Both the position numbers and the translations under genes were made by a program. A stretch of 64,000 nucleotides of DNA from Spirochaetia bacterium (GTDB lineage Bacteria > Spirochaetota > Spirochaetia > DSM-16054 > Sediminispirochaetaceae): positions 1-64,000 of the forward strand of contig JAXHMY010000005.1 of NCBI GenBank assembly GCA_034520965.1, in the 5' to 3' direction. Positions 59,317 to 64,000 of this stretch are shown in pieces; positions within the stretch are counted from its first letter, which is position 1; each line of letters starts with the position of its first letter. A model generated the notes under the pieces. The model was not told the DNA's origin, did no database searches, and worked only from the letters and a program-made list of their open reading frames with translations.

Positions 59317-59355
59317 TATAAAATAAACCGCTTTGTAGAGGGTTTTTGTAGAAGA

Positions 59356-60124
59356 CTATCCAGCCATCCATCCACCATCCACCATTAGGTTGACGCCGGC
59401 TATATAGGTAGCCTCATCGCTTGCAAGAAAAAGAACCGCTTTCGCAATATCCTCCGGTCTTCCCAATCGCGGCATGGGAGTACGGTTTTGTGAGTAATCC
59501 AAGGGATCGGCAGCAGAGAGCGGTTTGCCGGTAAGTACTCTACCGGGAGCTACTGCGTTGCAGATAATATAGTCCTTTGCATAGTCGACTGCGATTTGTC
59601 AGGGTAGTATGAACAACTGCACTTTTACCCAGCCATATGCAAAATTGCCTGGAGCACAGATCATACCATGTTGTGATGTAATGTTTATAATGCGTACCAG
59701 GGCTTCTCCCCACAATCTCCTGCAGAAGCATTTGCTGGATAGCCCGTTTCAACCGGAGAATGTGCCCTTCGTCTAATTGTTACCGGTTCAGATCCTCTTC
59801 TGTTATTTCCAGCAGGGGTTTATCAACTCCGATTGCAGCGTTGTTTACCATAATATCTAGGAACCGAATTGTTCAACCGCTACTTCAACCATGGCGTTTA
59901 TATCATCCCACTTTGGAGCATCGGTTTTACAGAACACAGCTGTTCCCCCGGCCGATTGAATCAATTCGGCCGTCGCTTTTCCGCCTTCTTTTACCTCAGT
60001 GGTAATATCTACTATTCCACTAGATTCGGCACCTTCTTCGGCAAAACGTAGTGCAATTGCCCTGCCAATTCCTGAAGCCGCTCCGGTTACTACCGCTGTT
60101 CGTCCTGAAAGTCTGTTTCCCCAT
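59356..60124 (-). CDS. SDR oxidoreductase (several frameshifts)
   Basis: VTGAASGIG, VNNAA, NAVAPG, LMVDGGWMAG* across frames. Confidence 0.8.
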
Positions 60125-60273
60125 AATAACTCCTCATTTTTCACAATACTGCTTGACACGTCTTTGTTTCAAGGTTTTAATAATCTGGAACGCTATACCA
60201 AATTGTGGGTTGTTGTCAACGGACAAATTAGCACTTTGGTTTTTCGCTATAGCACACAAAAGAGGTGAATTAA

Positions 60274-61430
60274 ATGAAATAATTGCGAAAGGTATGGTTT
60301 GCACAAAGCGGCCGAGGCTTTTAACAGCAACGGGGTAATGTTAAACAGTCCCCATACCATTACCCACTTTACCGGTATGAGCTACCATTTGTACCCATTT
60401 TCCCAACAGACCCCTTGTTTGCTTTATGTTCAGCTCAAAGGTCTCAATGATCATCTGTCCCTACGAATGGAGAAGGGCGGTTGCAGATCAAGGATGGCAA
60501 GCGATATACCGCCTATGGAGATGGAGAGGCGAATCCGATTGAATTTGCAGTGGAAGTCATTGCCCAGCTAATAAAGAAGAGCGGTTCCACAGCAGAACGC
60601 ATAGCAATTGAAGAGAAATACGATACCCCTATCCGCTTTACCTGCAGCTACAGGAACATTTTCCCGAAACCGAATGGAGAGAGTAAATAAACGATTGAGC
60701 TCCTTCGCATGCAGAAGTCTCCTGCTGCCCTCGAATTGCTGCACACGGCGGCGGAACAGCTTGAGTTCGGTGTCATTGGGGCTGTGCAACATTTGGAAGG
60801 AAGCCTTGAAGAAAATGGATATACCTTGTCTGAGTTTTGTGAAAGAATCAGGGTGCATGTGTACGAAACCGGCGGCACCGCTGGAGGCCTTGCCGCAGTC
60901 GCTGCGGGCAAGGGAAAGGGCAGTGGTACGATCAACCACAGGGCAAAGTGTTAACGGCGAGTTGGTTCGAATAGAAGCTACTTCACGCTACTACGGTTAC
61001 TGGGCCGATGCTGCTCGGATGATGGTGATCGGGGATGCTGAGGAGCTTCAAAAGCGGGCATATGCAGAGAACTTGCAGTTAAAAAACAAAGCAGTATCGA
61101 TGCTGAAACCCGGAGTCAAATGTTCGACCCTGTACAACGAAGTGGCGGATTTAGCCTCTGCAGAAGGAATAGACTTTCAGAGGTGAGTCGGCATTGGACA
61201 CCGCGTCGGAGTCAGCGAACGAGAAGCACCCTTTCTAAAAGTTGATGATGATACAGCTTTGCTGCCTGGCATGTGTATAGTCGTGGCTGTTTACACAGGA
61301 GCGGAAAAAGAACTGATTTGTGTGAAGGATACCTATTATCAGTGAACAAGGCGCCGTATGTATAAGCGATTTTCATAATTGGGAAGTACTTTACGAGGTA
61401 AACGGATTCCGTTCCGCACATTAAAGTATA
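60274..61430 (+). CDS. M24/creatinase-fold protein 1 (many frameshifts; ends approximate)
   Basis: RMQKSPA, GYWADAAR, LKPGVKCS, GIGHRVG...EAPFL across frames. Confidence 0.65.
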
Positions 61431-61481
61431 AAAAAACTATCATCATTTTTAATATGTGTCTAATTCGAAAGGAAGAGAACA

Positions 61482-62630
61482 ATGAATAAATCTGAAATAA
61501 TTAAAAAAATACAATCAGAGCTTTCCCGAAAACATAATACCTGTTCGGCCTGGATAATATTCGATATGTAGCAGGTAGGGTGTTGCTGGGGACGTTAGAG
61601 AACGACAAAGTAGCGGTATTTCTTCAGCGAAATGAAGAACCCATATTAATAGCCCCTTCATGGTTAAAAGATACCTTCCGATCCATTGGCAGTATTCGCA
61701 ATGTTCAGGGTGTATACTAGCTATTGAGGACGTATTGCCAATTCTAATCCGGCGGTTTGGTTTAGAGACCAAAATTGGAATTAGTGAGAATCGAATATCT
61801 TACAAGCTCTATGATTCCCTTCAGAAGGTCCTGCCGAAAGTCCGTTTTTCCGGGTGCGATAAATAAGGAATACTAATGTCCGGATGGTGAAAACCGAAGG
61901 TGAACAAGAACTGCTGGCAGATGTTGCCAGGAGAACTGATCATGGACTCAGTGGTGCTGCCCATCATGTAATGGTGTATGCCCCACGCCCTGAAAAGGGG
62001 CTTTCAGAGATAATCCGGGTACACTGCATTGAACGTGAATTAGATATGGTAGGATATGAGTCGCTGTCAATTGGTGCTTCTGGTGAACGCACTCACACAC
62101 CCTGGCCGGAAGCTCCCTTTTTCGGAGTGGGTCGCGGCAAATACTTAGAAGAAAAAGAACTTGTGCGTATGGAAATACGGGCAAGTCTGCACGGTTATTG
62201 GTCGGATGCAACAAATGCTACAATGGGTTCACCGACAGCCGAACAGGCAAACTCCTACCAACAGGTCGTTGCTATTCGAAAAAAAGCACTCAGTTTACTT
62301 ACGTCCAGGGATTGCTGCAAGTGATGTGGCGAGTGCATTCTGGAATTTTGTGAGGCAAATAATATCCCGGTCATTAAAGAACACGGCTTTGGCCATGGCA
62401 TGGGGATTCTTCCCATAGAGCCGCCGTTTATTGATGTAAGTGATCCAACAATTCTAAAAAACGGCATGGTTTTAGTTATAAACCCGACAGTAAAGGGCTC
62501 CTCAGGAGAACTTGTACGTTCATATGACACCGTAATCATTGGTCCCACTTCAAGCCGCTTGGTGGGATGGTGTAAAAATTGGGATGAGCCCTATAAGGCA
62601 GTTGCGTCTTACCAACATGGAGGTGGTTGA
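61482..62630 (+). CDS. M24/creatinase-fold protein 2 (many frameshifts)
   Basis: RMVKTEGE, GYWSDA, LRPG, GFGHGMG..EPPFI, LKNGMVLVINP. Confidence 0.7.
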
Positions 62631-62777
62631 GTTTATAGTCGCGCCTTGTGCTGCGAATGAATTTATTTTTGTTTGACTGGCCATATACTTCGTGGTAAAG
62701 TTAGAATGAAATGGTATACCATTATACGAAACAATATCTAACTATGCCGATAAAATTTAAGAAGGTGGATAAAACAA

Positions 62778-63584
62778 ATGAATAAATTAGTAGTGCATGA
62801 CACTAGAAAAAAGATAAAGATCAATCTACCGTTCGAGCTCTTGATAAAGCGATAAACACGCTTGAAATAATAGCCTCACTGGACAGGGACATAGATTTGG
62901 CGGGTATTTCCAAACGAGCAGGAATTCCCGAAAGCACTATGCTAAGACTGTTGAACACTTTAAGCTCTCACAACCTTATTCACCAGGACGAAAAAACACG
63001 AAGGTTTAGTCTCGGATTGGAACTTATTGCTTTGGGCAGGGCAGCGGAACGATCGTTTAATCTTGTGCATCATATTCATCCTTGTAAAACTGTCTGAACT
63101 TACCGGAGAGACCGCTTCGATTATGGTTTTAAAAGGCGACTCCTCGGTATATATGGATCAAGTGTTAAGCACCCGACTGATCCGCGGAGAGCCATTGATA
63201 GGAAAGAAAATAGAGCTGCATTGCAGTTCCGGTGGAAAAGTTTTGATGAGTGAATGGACGATAATAAAATTAACAAATATATGTTACAAGGAAAGGTTCT
63301 TGTACCTCGAACCGAAAAAACCATCACTGATGCAGAAGATCTTAAAAAAGAACTGCAAAAAATACGCGAGCAGGGGTATGCGGTTGACAACGAAGAGGCG
63401 GAAATCGGAGGGCGTTGTGTGGCTGTACCGCTTCGGGACAAATCGCATAAAACTATTGCAGCTATATCGGTAATGGGACCAACCACCCGGATCCGTCAGA
63501 AGGGATTTTCCGTTAGCGGCGATTGTAAAAAACATTGCAGAAAAAGCGTCTGAATCACTTGGATATCAAAATGAAGATAATTAA
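62778..63584 (+). CDS. IclR-family regulator (several frameshifts)
   Basis: TVRALDKAINTLE, IPESTMLRLLNTL, LTGET, LHCSSGGK, GYAVDNEE, AAISVMGP. Confidence 0.85.
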
Positions 63585-63620
63585 CTTGAGGGACTTAACC
63601 CAAAGAAGGAGTTTAATATA

Positions 63621-63979
63621 ATGAGCGGAGATTTTCCATTTTCATCTTCAATGAAGGCCGGAAAATATATTTTTGTTTCCGGTAAAGTAGGGGTTGACCC
63701 AAAAAGCGGTGAGATCCAGCGCGGGGATATAAAAGCCCAGACCGAACAAACATTGGACAACCTGAACCAGGAACTGCAGAACTACAGCCTTGATTTGGAT
63801 TCAGTGGTAAAAACAACTGTATTCCTGACAGACATGCGCATTATGTTGAAGCAATGAACTCGGTCTACAAAGAAAAGTTTCAGCAAAAATTGCCGGCCCG
63901 TTCGTGTGTAAGTGTAACTGCAGTACCGCATGTCGATGCTTTGGTTGAAATTGAACTAATTGCATATCTGGAGGAATAG
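63621..63979 (+). CDS. RidA/YjgF family protein (frameshift near 63840)
   Basis: PFS...IFVSGKVG, VVKTTVFLTDM, MNSVY...PARSCV...LVEIELIA. Confidence 0.88.
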
Positions 63980-64000
63980 AAGTGTATACCTTTTCTATCT

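Noticed and set aside
62711..62722. Palindrome ATGGTATACCAT as an IclR operator
   Set aside because: Position is plausible, but I found no convincing second copy in the 60125-60273 intergenic region, and the sequence here is error-prone.
759..63979. Programmed frameshifting or mass pseudogenisation of split genes (cheBR, DUF3494, TRAP, moaC, fakAB, kinase, SDR, IclR, RidA)
   Set aside because: Breaks are single-base indels, often in short homopolymers, with both halves intact and density rising toward the window end. Sequencing error is more parsimonious; read-level confirmation is needed.

Overview
Bacterial chromosomal window, most likely an anaerobic free-living spirochaete. This is inferred from the recurrent xGxxE-type signal-peptide ends and the gene content, not from a marker gene. 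Many genes are split by single-base indels, densest at 1-60 and 59.3-64 kb, which looks like uncorrected long-read consensus error. 0.7-11.6 kb is an accessory block: CheB-CheR-PAS-HisKA_2 fusion, a Crp/Fnr regulator, two DUF3494 ice-binding-like lipoproteins, a patatin/PlpD-like protein and three copies of a 20-aa hydrophobic micro-ORF. Seven copies of a TGTRCG-N4-CGHACA-GAC box sit at class II promoter geometry across this block. Next come a NatAB-like ABC exporter, an ECF sigma/Zn-finger/DOMON module with a shared candidate promoter, an MFS gene between two MITE-like repeats, and hsdM, AlbA_2-HATPase, AbiEii and VapC remnants. An AroA paralogue is divergent from a TAXI-TRAP/LacI operon, with twin operators, and is flanked by direct repeats. 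The rest holds a PAS kinase, a betaine-binding protein, DUF1846, a W/Mo-cofactor cluster (tupABC, moeA, moaA, moaC, MOSC-Mog, fdhD) with two P3-less Moco-class riboswitches, DUF1576, an export-signal Pcm with a spermidine-synthase-like membrane protein, lipid genes (fabF, SDR, FakA-FakB fusion, plsY, fadD), a complete IS1-like element, and a frameshift-rich SDR/M24/IclR/RidA cluster. No rRNA, tRNA or CRISPR array was seen. All family calls are from motif recognition, without database searches.
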